A DNA stretch of 64,000 nucleotides from Clostridia bacterium (GTDB lineage: Bacteria; Bacillota; Clostridia; Oscillospirales; Acutalibacteraceae): assembly GCA_017618135.1 (NCBI GenBank), contig JAFZUV010000001.1:1627-65626 (forward strand), in the 5' to 3' direction. The notes under the pieces were generated by a model. That model saw only the letters and a program-made list of their open reading frames with translations, had not been told where the DNA came from and searched no databases. Of this stretch, positions 1 to 9,600 are shown piece by piece. Every line of letters begins with the position of its first letter. Positions within the stretch are counted from its first letter, which is position 1. Position numbers and translations under genes: made by a program.

Positions 1-277
1 CGCAAAAACCGGTGACCTCAAAAATCTCCATGATCAGGTCGCTTACATTAGTAAGCCTCATGGAGCCCTGCGTGTTCATGGTTTTTTGAGCTGATAAAAG
101 CACTCTGAGTCCCGCAGATGAAACATATTCAAGATCACTGAAATCAAAGGTCAAAGCGGTTATTGAGTCGAGCGATTCTTTGAGTGTGTTTTCAAGCTCC
201 GGCGCCGTAGAGGTATCAAGTCTGCCTGAAAGCTTAATGGTAAGTTCTGTGCCGTTATTAATCTTGTCAATAGTCAT
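1..277 (-). CDS. STAS-domain anti-sigma-factor antagonist (SpoIIAA-like), partial; C-terminus lies beyond the window start
   Basis: Reverse-strand translation from ATG (revcomp of cat at 275-277) gives MTIDKINNGTELTIKLSGRLDTSTAPELENTLKESLDSITALTFDFSDLEYVSSAGLRVLLSAQKTMNTQGSMRLTNVSDLIMEIFEVTGF. This is a typical STAS fold with the conserved phosphorylatable Ser in the DLEYVSSAGL context. GGGAG RBS 8 nt upstream. Not in the ORF track because there is no stop inside the window. Confidence 0.6.
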   Translation of the reverse strand, partial: MTIDKINNGTELTIKLSGRLDTSTAPELENTLKESLDSITALTFDFSDLEYVSSAGLRVLLSAQKTMNTQGSMRLTNVSDLIMEIFEVTGFC

Positions 278-301
278 AATTCAATCTCCCTATTGTTTTA
301 T

Positions 302-928
302 TTAGAACTGTTTTTTAATTGAAATTTCCACGGTTGAGCCTTTAATGCAAACTGTAATTTCATCTGCAATGTTTGCAATGATTGATTTTTCCAATTCATC
401 ATAGGCTTCTTTAGCTTCCGCATCGCTTTCCTGCTTGCTTTCTATGGCGTTCTTGTATCGATTCATAGACCAATAATATGCGTCCGCCGCCGCGGCTTGC
501 GCGGCAGGACCGGAATTACTTGCGATGCCCACAAGACCTAATGAAAATCCCGATGTCAAGGATATTCCGTCCTCATTCGGCAGCAAAGCCGTAGCTATCA
601 TATCCTTAAGCTTTCCCATAAAGCCTTTTGACGCGGAATTTTTACCCGCTGAAGAAACCGATATTAACTGTTTTTTCATTTCTTTTGTCATTTCAACATC
701 GGAATGCAGTTGAATTTCAAAACAGCGCTCGCTTTCTTCAACACAATAGCGACCTTTAAGCTCGCCCACAATGCTTTTTGACATGCCGAAAAGCTCTTCG
801 GCAAGCAGGCGGAGCCGAAGTATCTGCTTTGAGTCAAGACCGCAATCTGCGCCGAGTTTTTCGGTTTGCAATAAAGCTTCCTTTAACCCTTCGCCCCGGT
901 TTGTCACAGTGATTTCAGATGTTTTCAT
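302..928 (-). CDS. hypothetical protein (208 aa), co-operonic with the STAS gene and downstream of the hybrid kinase
   Basis: ORF track. No recognisable catalytic motif. Its stop is 25 nt from the STAS start on the same strand. No HATPase N/G boxes, so it is not a SpoIIAB-type kinase. Confidence 0.4.
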   Translation of the reverse strand: MKTSEITVTNRGEGLKEALLQTEKLGADCGLDSKQILRLRLLAEELFGMSKSIVGELKGRYCVEESERCFEIQLHSDVEMTKEMKKQLISVSSAGKNSASKGFMGKLKDMIATALLPNEDGISLTSGFSLGLVGIASNSGPAAQAAAADAYYWSMNRYKNAIESKQESDAEAKEAYDELEKSIIANIADEITVCIKGSTVEISIKKQF

Positions 929-1063
929 TATAGCGCCCCCATTGTCTTTTGCAAATCGAGGATAAAAAACATTTGATTATATGTACTTAATCCCATGCAC
1001 TAAGGGTATTTTAACATAAGCATTGCGTATTTTCAAGAGTTTTCCGGTGTGGATATAAAACAT

Positions 1064-2572
1064 TTACTTGGGGGACAATACGCATTTTATGGTAGACAGC
1101 ATATCATCCAAATTCAGCGGCTTTGTTATGTGACCGTTCATACCGGCTTTAATTGCCGCATCCTTATCCTCTTTAAAGGCGTTTGCCGTCATGGCAATTA
1201 TCGGTATTTGCGAAAGCTGAGGATCGGGAAGTGAGCGAATTGCCCTTGCTTCGTCGTATCCGTCCATAACCGGCATTTGTATATCGGTCAGTACGAGGTC
1301 ATAATAACCTGCATCCGAAGAGGCAAGCTTTTCAACCGCTTCATGCCCGTTTTGAGCTGTTTCAATCGTAAATCCGACCTCTGAAAGCAACATTTCCGCT
1401 ATTTCCATATTAATTTCATTATCCTCTGCGAGCAACACTCTTTTTCCGTCAAATCTTATTTCTTCGGTGGCGGAATTTGCTTTGTCATCTTCACCTTCAA
1501 GCGGGAAGGAAAGGTTTATAACAAACTCTGTGCCGTTTCCTTTTTCGGTGAAAACCTCGATTTTACCGTGCATAATGTCTATCATACTTTTAGTAATGGA
1601 CATCCCGAGACCGGTTCCCTGCGTTTTGCTGACCGTAGATGTTCTTTCGCGTTCAAAGGGCGAAAACAGGTCTTTAACAAACTCCTCGCTCATACCTATA
1701 CCGTTGTCTTTAACGCGTATTTCGTAATCGGCGAAATTATCTTTGTATGACAATTCTTTAAGGGACAGCGTCACCCTTCCGTTCTCGTCGGTGAATTTTC
1801 CGGCATTGCTGAGAAGGTTTGTTAAAGTTCTGTCAAGCAGGCGTCTGTCGCACCTTACCCACTCGTGACTGACTTCGCACAGGAAAGAAAAATCTATACT
1901 TTTTTGGGCAAATTGATTTTTGACAAGCTCGCCGGCTTCCGCTACGCAGTCTTTTATATTCAACCGTTCCGGCATAACATCAAACTTTCCGCTTTCTATG
2001 CGGCTCATTTCGAGTACGGCGTTTACAATTTCGAGAAGCTGGCGACCCGCCATATCTATTTTATTGATAATTTCAAGATGTTTTTCGAGGGAGAGTTTTT
2101 GGGTTTTTGCAATGGTGGTATATCCGATGATTGCATTAAGCGGAGTTCTTAAATCGTGGGACATATTTGACAGAAAAAAGGTTTTTGCCTTGCTTGCCTC
2201 CTCCGCGGCGGAAAGCTTTGCTTTTAAGTGCTCGCTTTCCTGGATTCGGTCCACGGTTTGTCTTATAAGCCAGAGCATAACAAAAACAAAGATACTGCCG
2301 CCGAAAAGAATGCCGGACATAATTATATCGGGCTTTCCGAATATACCTACGGCAAGATAACCCGCCAAAAACAGTACCAGCAGAAAAATCGGGAAACTAA
2401 GTATGCGGCTTTCACGGTTCCAACTGCCGCGTTTTCTTACATCTTTTGCAAAACGCAAATAAAGAAAAATATTAAAAGCCATGAGCGCGCTTCCCGCGTA
2501 TACCACAGAATATATCAAAAATTTCATCGTTTTCTCCCGTCTAAACTTTTTTGCGCGGTTGTTTGCCCGCAA
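1064..2572 (-). CDS. hybrid sensor histidine kinase/response regulator (2 TM, HisKA, HATPase_c, REC)
   Basis: Two N-terminal TM helices. H-box MSHDLRTPLNAIIGYT. G-boxes DNGIGMSEEF and GTGLGMSITKSM. C-terminal receiver KRVLLAEDNEINMEIAEMLL...LVLTDIQMPVMDGYD...K. Confidence 0.9.
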   Translation of the reverse strand: MRANNRAKKFRREKTMKFLIYSVVYAGSALMAFNIFLYLRFAKDVRKRGSWNRESRILSFPIFLLVLFLAGYLAVGIFGKPDIIMSGILFGGSIFVFVMLWLIRQTVDRIQESEHLKAKLSAAEEASKAKTFFLSNMSHDLRTPLNAIIGYTTIAKTQKLSLEKHLEIINKIDMAGRQLLEIVNAVLEMSRIESGKFDVMPERLNIKDCVAEAGELVKNQFAQKSIDFSFLCEVSHEWVRCDRRLLDRTLTNLLSNAGKFTDENGRVTLSLKELSYKDNFADYEIRVKDNGIGMSEEFVKDLFSPFERERTSTVSKTQGTGLGMSITKSMIDIMHGKIEVFTEKGNGTEFVINLSFPLEGEDDKANSATEEIRFDGKRVLLAEDNEINMEIAEMLLSEVGFTIETAQNGHEAVEKLASSDAGYYDLVLTDIQMPVMDGYDEARAIRSLPDPQLSQIPIIAMTANAFKEDKDAAIKAGMNGHITKPLNLDDMLSTIKCVLSPK

Positions 2573-2673
2573 GCATATCAGGATAATTTATTATACATCA
2601 TCTCATACGCTCAAGTCAAAGGGTTTTACGCTTTTTTGTTTCCACTTCCGTTTAAGCCTGAAAAAACGCCCGG

Positions 2674-3153
2674 TCAGAGTGTCATTATTATTTGTTTTTT
2701 CCGATTTCGTGCGTAATCGAGGGCTGATAGTGTTCCGCTTTTACGCGTGGCGGGCAGATTTTCCCTGTCATAATAAAAAACGCAAAAATCGCTTATATCT
2801 ATCATGTGCCGGTTTCGCTCTACATACACCGCTTTGCCGGCGCCTTTTTGCTCCTCCGGATAGTATGATTCTTCGTAAAACCGAAAAAGGTAATCCGCAT
2901 AGCTTTCATCTATGACGGGATATTCCGCTCTTATATATATTCGTTTTATATGCGGATATTCTGATTTCAATTCCGTTACAATTTCATAGCACAGGTCGTT
3001 AAAACGGCTTTTGCTCCCGAATAAAAAATCCGACATATTTTTTTCGGTTATCAGTTTTGAGACGATTTTTCTCAACCGTTCTTTCAGCTGCGCTGTTTCA
3101 TTTATTTCACGATGACCGATAAAACAACAAACACGATTATTCATAACACACAC
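2674..3153 (-). CDS. DUF1273/SLOG-family (YpsA-like) protein
   Basis: N-terminal CCFIGHREI motif resembles the DUF1273 (YpsA/YoqJ) GHR signature, at ~155 aa. Assigned from memory of the family motif. Confidence 0.45.
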   Translation of the reverse strand: MCVMNNRVCCFIGHREINETAQLKERLRKIVSKLITEKNMSDFLFGSKSRFNDLCYEIVTELKSEYPHIKRIYIRAEYPVIDESYADYLFRFYEESYYPEEQKGAGKAVYVERNRHMIDISDFCVFYYDRENLPATRKSGTLSALDYARNRKKQIIMTL

Positions 3154-3279
3154 TTCTTTTCAATGTTTTTTTAATTATTATAAATCATACCAAGCTCAAA
3201 GTAAAACATTTTTTATTTTTAGTTCGTTATAATCGCCGTAAATAATTGTTAGAATATCATTAAGAAGCGAGGCGATAAT

Positions 3280-3510
3280 ATGAACACTGAATTTACGGAT
3301 AAATATGTAACCTTGGGTCTGAAAATTGCTTATTACAGAAAGAAGGCTGGTTATACTCAAGAAGTGTTTGCTGAGCTTATTGATAAAAGTGTGAATTTTG
3401 TCGGTCAAGTCGAAGGACCCGGCACAATTAAGGGAGTATCTCTCGAAACGCTTTTTAAGATGGCGCAAGTGCTTAACATACCGCCCTCAAAGCTGTTGGA
3501 GGACGATTAA
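3280..3510 (+). CDS. XRE-family HTH transcriptional regulator (76 aa)
   Basis: LGLKIAYYRKKAGYTQEVFAELIDKSVNFVGQVE is a canonical Cro/C1 HTH. Confidence 0.85.
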   Translation: MNTEFTDKYVTLGLKIAYYRKKAGYTQEVFAELIDKSVNFVGQVEGPGTIKGVSLETLFKMAQVLNIPPSKLLEDD

Positions 3511-3517
3511 AGCATTA

Positions 3518-3548
3518 AAGACTCTCCGCCGCCGGCGGAGAGTCTTTA
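3518..3548. terminator. intrinsic terminator hairpin after the XRE gene
   Basis: Perfect inverted repeat AAAGACTCTCCGCCG/CCGGCGGAGAGTCTTT directly after the stop. Weak U-tract. Confidence 0.45.
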
Positions 3549-3611
3549 AATACCGGGGAAGGGAAAATGTCCGGCATTTTTTGCGGTTATATATTATATA
3601 ATAATATTATA

Positions 3612-3640
3612 CTTGACATCCGTCGGCGTTTTTGTTATAA
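3612..3640 (+). promoter_or_regulatory. sigma-A type promoter with perfect consensus (TTGACA, 17 nt spacer, TGnTATAAT) driving the fibre/giant-protein operon
   Basis: TTGACA at 3612-3617. 17 nt spacer. TGTTATAAT (extended -10) ending at 3640. Predicted TSS ~3647. Confidence 0.65.
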
Positions 3641-3647
3641 TTTGCAC

Positions 3648-3752
3648 AGTAATCTATAAGGGCAAGACTGCAGCGATGTAGTTACGCAAAACTATAGGGA
3701 CTCACTGAGTCAGCCAGTTGCAGATATACTGCACCGGCTGATTATTTTTTTT
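3648..3752 (+). ncRNA. candidate GEMM/c-di-GMP-I riboswitch with terminator expression platform (5' leader of the operon)
   Basis: Leader contains GGGCAAGAC, then a 5-bp hairpin capped by GNRA tetraloop GCGA (CTGCA-GCGA-TGTAG), then ACGCAAAAC. These resemble the conserved GGCAAAC...GNRA...ACGCAAAGC core of GEMM-I. A small hairpin GACTC-ACT-GAGTC follows. Then a terminator: stem CAGCCAG-TTGCAG/CTGCAC-CGGCTG followed by TTATTTTTTTTT (3709-3752). Confidence 0.4.
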
Positions 3753-3794
3753 TCGGCGGCCGGCAATTAGGTAAAAAAGAAAGGGGCGAGGCTG

Positions 3795-4760
3795 TTGAAT
3801 CTTACAAAAAAACAAAAGCGATTTCTCTTCGGTAAGAGTATGTCGCTTACCGCGCTCGCTCTTTTGATAATATTAACCGTAGTGGTAGGCTCCATTATTT
3901 CGCTCGGCTGGTTTGCAAACAGAGATACGGCGGATGCAAACGGAGTTAGCGTTACCGCGAAAGAGGAGCGGTTTGAGCTTGCCGTTTCAGGAGAGCAGGT
4001 ATTGCCGTTTGCCAATGATTCGACAATTATAACCTATCTTAATTCGGTTGCCGGCGGCAGCTACGAAAAACGCGCTTCAACCGAAAGGGAGCACACATCC
4101 ATTCTTTGCAGGGTAATAAATGAAAAACCGCATATTGCCGGCAGTGATGAGTTAGCTCCCGGCGCATTCGGAAGAATAAGCTTCGATATAGTTTTGCAGG
4201 CGGGCGATCCCGTAAGAGATTATGAGATATCGCTTGATTACCTGCCTCTTGATTTAGTCGCCGGTGTTCCTCAGGCGGTAGATAACGCTGACATTGATGA
4301 TCTTAAAGATTTGATTAGCGGTCACATTCTGCTTTTTAACACACGCTCCGCCCTTATAAACGGAGGATACTACTACTCTGACAGGATAACGAACAAAAGA
4401 TTTGTTTTCAGCCCTTCCGAGCATACGCCGAGCGTCGAGTCCGACGGTATTCACTACACGGTTGAGTTTTACTTTATCTGGCCTGCTACATTTGCTCAGT
4501 TGGCTTTGAAGCAAGACAGTCCGAAACTGCATTTGCATCCTGTATTCCAAACCGAGGCGTTGCGGCTTGAAATGCTTAATTACATAATTGAAAATCAAGA
4601 TGAGTTTTTCAGAAATCTCGGCCAGGGCATCAATTTTTCCGCAGAGTCGTTCGAGGAAACCTTTTTTGTAGAGTTGAGCGACGGGTATAATACCGCCGAT
4701 CAGTTCATTGGTGATAAAGCTCATTTTCTTGTGATTTGTTCTACAGTAAATCCGGTGTAA
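3795..4760 (+). CDS. secreted TasA/camelysin-like protein (SipW-cognate-type N-terminus), paralog 1
   Basis: N-term K-rich segment, hydrophobic helix, then LGWFANRDTADANGVSVTAKEE (compare TasA GGGTWAAFND...GTLDLSAKEN). Internal LAPGAFGRISFDIVLQAGDPVRDYEISLDY resembles TasA LKPGDKLTKDFQFENNGSLAIKEVLMALNY. C-terminal YTVEFYFIWPATF resembles TasA IKLQFSFEATQWN. TTG start with AAGGGG RBS. Confidence 0.5.
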   Translation: MNLTKKQKRFLFGKSMSLTALALLIILTVVVGSIISLGWFANRDTADANGVSVTAKEERFELAVSGEQVLPFANDSTIITYLNSVAGGSYEKRASTEREHTSILCRVINEKPHIAGSDELAPGAFGRISFDIVLQAGDPVRDYEISLDYLPLDLVAGVPQAVDNADIDDLKDLISGHILLFNTRSALINGGYYYSDRITNKRFVFSPSEHTPSVESDGIHYTVEFYFIWPATFAQLALKQDSPKLHLHPVFQTEALRLEMLNYIIENQDEFFRNLGQGINFSAESFEETFFVELSDGYNTADQFIGDKAHFLVICSTVNPV

Positions 4761-4779
4761 CGATCCGTAGGAGATATGT

Positions 4780-5541
4780 ATGAAAAACAGATTGAACCCA
4801 AAAGCTTTATTTGATACAAGGTTGTTAAGACCGTTTACAGCGCTTGTATTGGCGTTTGTTTTGCTTACCTTGTCGCTTGTTGCCATCGCGTGGTTTTCTT
4901 ACGTGAGAAGAATGGGCGCGGTGGCTGAAATAACCGACCCTACCGCTATTTTCATAAACGCGGGCAATGCGGAGGATGTGCGGTATCTGGATCTCGGCGG
5001 CATTGATGTTGAAGGTGAGAACAGTTACAAGGATTTTGTTTTCTGCATTCGCGGCAACCATGTAAGCAACTATAAAATTCAGCTTTCCTATACCACAAAC
5101 AACCAATTTGATTATGAGATTTATACTGCGACAATGGTGACCTCACCTGGAGCGGTACCGGCAAATCCCGAAAGCCTTGTGGTATATGATACGCATGACG
5201 GTTCTTCGGGTACGCAGTATTATTATGCCGCCTCGGGCGCTACACCGCTTCCGGGCAGCTTTTTGAATAAAGATACAGGGGCTTCCGAAAAGCTGGCGAA
5301 GAATAACGACAGCTATTATGAGGACACATATACTCCCGGGGGTACAAACAGTACATACGATAACCGCCATAAATACGCAATTCCGCTTTATTGGCACACC
5401 TCGAGCTCTATTTCTCCGGTTATGGACGCAAACTCTGATTTTTGCGACTATTTTATTCTCAGAGTAATTTGGGACAGTAACAGCAGAAACAACAAGGAAA
5501 CGGACATAGTTTACATAGCGGCGAAGAACATTTCTGCTTAG
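4780..5541 (+). CDS. secreted TasA/camelysin-like protein, paralog 2
   Basis: N-terminal anchor then AIAWFSYV (compare CalY GGGTFAYFSD). FVFCIRGNHVSNYKIQLSY aligns with paralog 1 ISFDIVLQAGDPVRDYEISLDY. KYAIPLYWH aligns with HYTVEFYFIW. 20 nt from the upstream gene. Confidence 0.45.
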   Translation: MKNRLNPKALFDTRLLRPFTALVLAFVLLTLSLVAIAWFSYVRRMGAVAEITDPTAIFINAGNAEDVRYLDLGGIDVEGENSYKDFVFCIRGNHVSNYKIQLSYTTNNQFDYEIYTATMVTSPGAVPANPESLVVYDTHDGSSGTQYYYAASGATPLPGSFLNKDTGASEKLAKNNDSYYEDTYTPGGTNSTYDNRHKYAIPLYWHTSSSISPVMDANSDFCDYFILRVIWDSNSRNNKETDIVYIAAKNISA

Positions 5542-5589
5542 CTTATTGATAGTTGTTAATATCTATTTTAGTGAAAGGAGCGCCAAAGT

Positions 5590-6612
5590 GTGAAAATTAT
5601 GAAAATCATAAATACACAAAAGCGATTGATAATCGCCATAGTAGGCTTGGCGCTTATTGCCGCAATAATTTCAGGTGTGGCGCTCTTTGCCGAGTATATA
5701 AAGAGCAGCAGAGCCAAAAGGGTTATCGCGTCATACGGCGACGAGGGCTCGCTATTCTCATCCAATTATCTCGTTATGAACAGCAATACAGCGGTAAACG
5801 TTTATAAAAGAATATTCTATACAGAGAGTGGAGATTCTCCCGTTTCCGGCGGCGTTACCGTCTGTAATTACGCTCAGGGAAACCCCACGCGCGTCTATGA
5901 AAGCGATATAGAGTATGTTCTTACGGCAAGGCTTGTTATGCTCGGAGAATCGGCGGGAATGTATGTCAAGAACAACGCTACCGCGGGGGATGTAGGCGCG
6001 CATACCGTTAGAATAAAGCTTAAGGATTCGGGCACGGTTACTCTTTCTTCTTCAAACCTGTCGCATACCTTTGCGGCTTCAACACTCAGTCACAGGTCGG
6101 CGGTAACCGATATTTGCGACCTTGAATTTGACAGCGGCTTTAAAGACGCCGGATCTCTTTGCCTCTACCTCTGTGCTACTCCTACCGGTTCTCAGGCCGG
6201 CGTTCACACGCTTGACGCGGTATTTACGGTAGCGCTTAACACCGGTGAGGCGCGAAATGTCTGGGAAGGCGAGTTTAACGAAAAGACGAACACAGGGGTT
6301 CCGGCACAGCCCTATTACGATGGATTTAATTATATGATAACCGGAATGGGCAGCGGCAACTGCACGCTTTCCTGGAATAATCAGAAGCTGCAGATAAGTC
6401 AGGTGTTCTTAAGTGAACACGGCCTGACTCCGACTGTCGCGGGCAATCAATCATCGGTAACATTTCCTGTGGATTCGGATATTGTTAACCGCTATGATGT
6501 ACAGTTTTATTATGCTGATTCTTCGGTAACCTTCTCAAGTTGGAGCGAGCTTACCGGAACATCGAGCAGTGACGGATATGTAAAGCTTGTTTATGTAGAA
6601 TCTGCCGAATAG
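5590..6612 (+). CDS. secreted N-terminally anchored protein, probable diverged paralog 3 of the TasA-like set
   Basis: N-term MKIMKIINTQKR + hydrophobic helix + ALFAEYI. S/T/G/N-rich beta-type composition. Same operon, 49 nt gap. Confidence 0.35.
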   Translation: MKIMKIINTQKRLIIAIVGLALIAAIISGVALFAEYIKSSRAKRVIASYGDEGSLFSSNYLVMNSNTAVNVYKRIFYTESGDSPVSGGVTVCNYAQGNPTRVYESDIEYVLTARLVMLGESAGMYVKNNATAGDVGAHTVRIKLKDSGTVTLSSSNLSHTFAASTLSHRSAVTDICDLEFDSGFKDAGSLCLYLCATPTGSQAGVHTLDAVFTVALNTGEARNVWEGEFNEKTNTGVPAQPYYDGFNYMITGMGSGNCTLSWNNQKLQISQVFLSEHGLTPTVAGNQSSVTFPVDSDIVNRYDVQFYYADSSVTFSSWSELTGTSSSDGYVKLVYVESAE

Positions 6613-6639
6613 GCAAAAACTGTTTTAAAGGGTAGAAAA

Positions 6640-9600
6640 ATGGTAAAACACTTAAAATCAAACAAGTTAATAGCATGGTGTACGGTATGCTGCCTTTGCG
6701 CAGCTGTTATCGGCGTTTCATTCGGTTTGTTGACTGTTTTGGCAAACGATTTGCCCGAACAGCCGGCTACGACTGTTGCAATTTCCTCTTCCGATGACTT
6801 GATTACATACTCGCGCGAATACTGGCGGGGAGGGCACAATCCGAACGATACCATACAACTGGCGTTAAGCTCCGGTACCGGCTTCCTTTTGCCGTCCGCT
6901 GATGAGGGATATATTTCCATAGGTAACGATGACCGTCCGTTCAACGGCAAAATTGAAATTGCCGATAATGCAATAAGCAGTTTTATGACCGATGTGTCGC
7001 TTTTCGGTACTGTTACTACCGATATGCGCATTGTAAACGCTTCGGATGTGCCGCGTGAAATTCAGATTGCGCGTATAGAAGAGGCGGATTCTCCGCTTTT
7101 TGCCGCAAGCGTTGTGAAGGGTGCTGTCAACAACACCACCGATTGGCGCGTGTGCTTAAAGCCTGATGACCGTGACTCTGTAAACAAAACGGCTTTCTCT
7201 TTTGCCGGAGCGATAGGAAGTATTGCGGCGGAATGCAAAGTCGGCTTCGATTTTACGCACGATTCGGTTTCGTATTTGAGTGTTCCGGCAAACGCGGTCA
7301 GTGCCTCGGATATAGGGCTTATATGCGGCAGTCTCGGCGCTGATGCAGAGCTTACCGTTAAAATAACATCGACAAACTCCTTTAATATAACCTCTTCCGG
7401 CGGTCACGCGGGCGGTATAGCGGGCATAGTTGCGGCAGGGGCTAAGATTATATTGGGCGATAATTATACATCTCCCGCGAATGTTACCGCTTCCGCATCA
7501 GGCAAGTACGCGGGCGGAATTGCGGGTTACGCCGCTGATTCCGAAATAGACCTTAATTCATATACCGCGACCGTCTCAAAAACCGTATCGGGCGCGGCAG
7601 GCGCCGGCGGTGCGTATGGATACTATTTAAGCACTGTGGGCAACGGCACCGGGGCGAGTGCCGGCGTTCGTACATTCGAGCTTGCCGGTATCAATACGGA
7701 TTCCGGTTTTGTTATTGCGCGCGGTACCGATGCCGGTGCGTTTATAGGAATGCTTGAAGCGCAGACCGATATTACCGTTACCGAAACGGGAGCTGTTGTA
7801 TCAGATTCGACCTTCACAAAACAGGTCAGTTTTACGGGTGGTACAAATCGCGGCGGTATTATAGGTAAATACGCAAATAATAATCTCATAAACACATTGG
7901 ATATACATAATGCAAAGGTAAAGGTGCTTGCAAGCAGCGGTACTACTTCCTATAGCGGCGGCGTAGTGGGAAATCTTGGAAGTACCGGCCCCGTTTATGC
8001 AAAAATCGGCGATTTTCGCCTTTCGGTAGCAGGGTCCGCGGCAATGCAAGGCGGTCTTCTCGGCACCGCCAACTCCACCGGCAGTTTTATAGATGTTCAA
8101 AATCTTATAGATATCGACGGTTCGACTACTGCGGGTCTTGTGAATTACCTTAATGCCGGAGTTCTGAGAGTTTCGGGGACTACCGATCTTGCAGGCGCCA
8201 CGCATGGTACGGCACAGTTGGTAAGACAGAGGGGTAACGCTTTGGTCTATGCTTTAGGCTCCGGCTCAGACGCGAGCTGGACGCTCAAGCGCGGCTCAGG
8301 TCTGGTCGACGATATCGGTGACTGGGGCGAGATATTAAGGCTTTCCACTGCTAACGGTCTTGCGGAAAGCGATTTCTTTACGGTGAATATGGGCGCGCAT
8401 AGCGTGACTGTGACAGGTCATGTTCAGAATATGGGCACTATCAAGGATTTTGTAAAAACCGCGCTCAATATTCAGATAAACTATCAGGACTGTGGCTCTC
8501 TGCTGCTTTCCTCCGCTTCACGCAGCAGTACGATACTTGCTTCAAATCTTTCTATAACCGCAGATATTGATTTAAGCGGAACCGGCATAGAGTCGCTTAC
8601 AAAGGACAACGGCGAAAACGGCGTTTACACCGGCTCGTTTAACGGCAACACCCATAAGATAACACTTGCGATCGGCGAACCGTACGGAAAAAGCGGCTCC
8701 ACTACGCTCAGCGCGCCCACGAACATAGGCAACAACAATTACGGTACTATTATTGATCATTATTATTCAGGTCTTTTCGCAAAAATGCAGAACAATTCGG
8801 TAAGTAATCTTACGCTTGACGGATATATATCTCTTTGCGGTTGTAGAAATGTTGATTATAAGGTTGGAGCGGTAGCGGCGAGCATTTCGGGTACCACCAC
8901 GCCGCTGACCCTTTCCGGGATCGATTCCAAAACGGATATATATCTTTATACACAAGGTACCAAAACTACAACTATGAACATTTTCGCCGGCGGCGCGATA
9001 GGATATATCGAACCCGAGACCGGCGGCACAGTTTCCATATCCAATTGTACTTTTGAAAGCGACATTACATTAAAGAGCACCATTGCTCACGGCAACGCGG
9101 TAGGCGGCGCCATAGGCAAGGTGGATTCCGTAAGCAGTCTGACCTTCGACTTTGACGATATCACAATAGGCGGTACATACAACAACAGAGTTACCGGCTC
9201 TTCGGAGTACGCAGGTCATAAATACGGAGGACTTATCGGTTATATCGCCCCCAACTCCGGCTCCTTTACCCGCAATGTTACGCTCAATAATATTACCGTT
9301 ACAAACGATGTTTCCATAACATCGGGCGTTAAATGCACCACCCGCTCGGGCGGCGCCGGTGCGTTTATCGGCGGCGAGTGGGAGGATACCAATGTTACTA
9401 TCGGTACATTAGGCGATACCGACGGTGTTATTATAGGTGAAACAGCCGCAGGTACCGGTCCTTCAATAACCGTAACCTCCGCAGATTCAAATAAGCCGAC
9501 GGTTTCAGCGCTTGTTCAGAAGGCTACGGGACATTGGACTGTAAATCATACGAAGGTAAACAAGGCTTCCGTTACCGCGTCGTCAAGCTCGGTGTTCGGT

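Noticed and set aside
2228-2915. 162-aa and 144-aa plus-strand ORFs overlapping the hybrid histidine kinase 5' end and the DUF1273 gene
   Set aside because: They overlap confidently called minus-strand genes, and no motif or RBS supports them.
3196-3468. 90-aa minus-strand ORF overlapping the XRE regulator gene
   Set aside because: The opposite-strand XRE HTH reading is far more convincing, and the ORF runs through the XRE promoter region.
3600-3800. Possibility that the leader is a T-box or a small ORF-based attenuator
   Set aside because: No specifier-loop/T-box motif (AATTAGGGTGG-like) and no short leader peptide ORF with an RBS were found. The aptamer-like GNRA hairpin pattern fits a riboswitch better.
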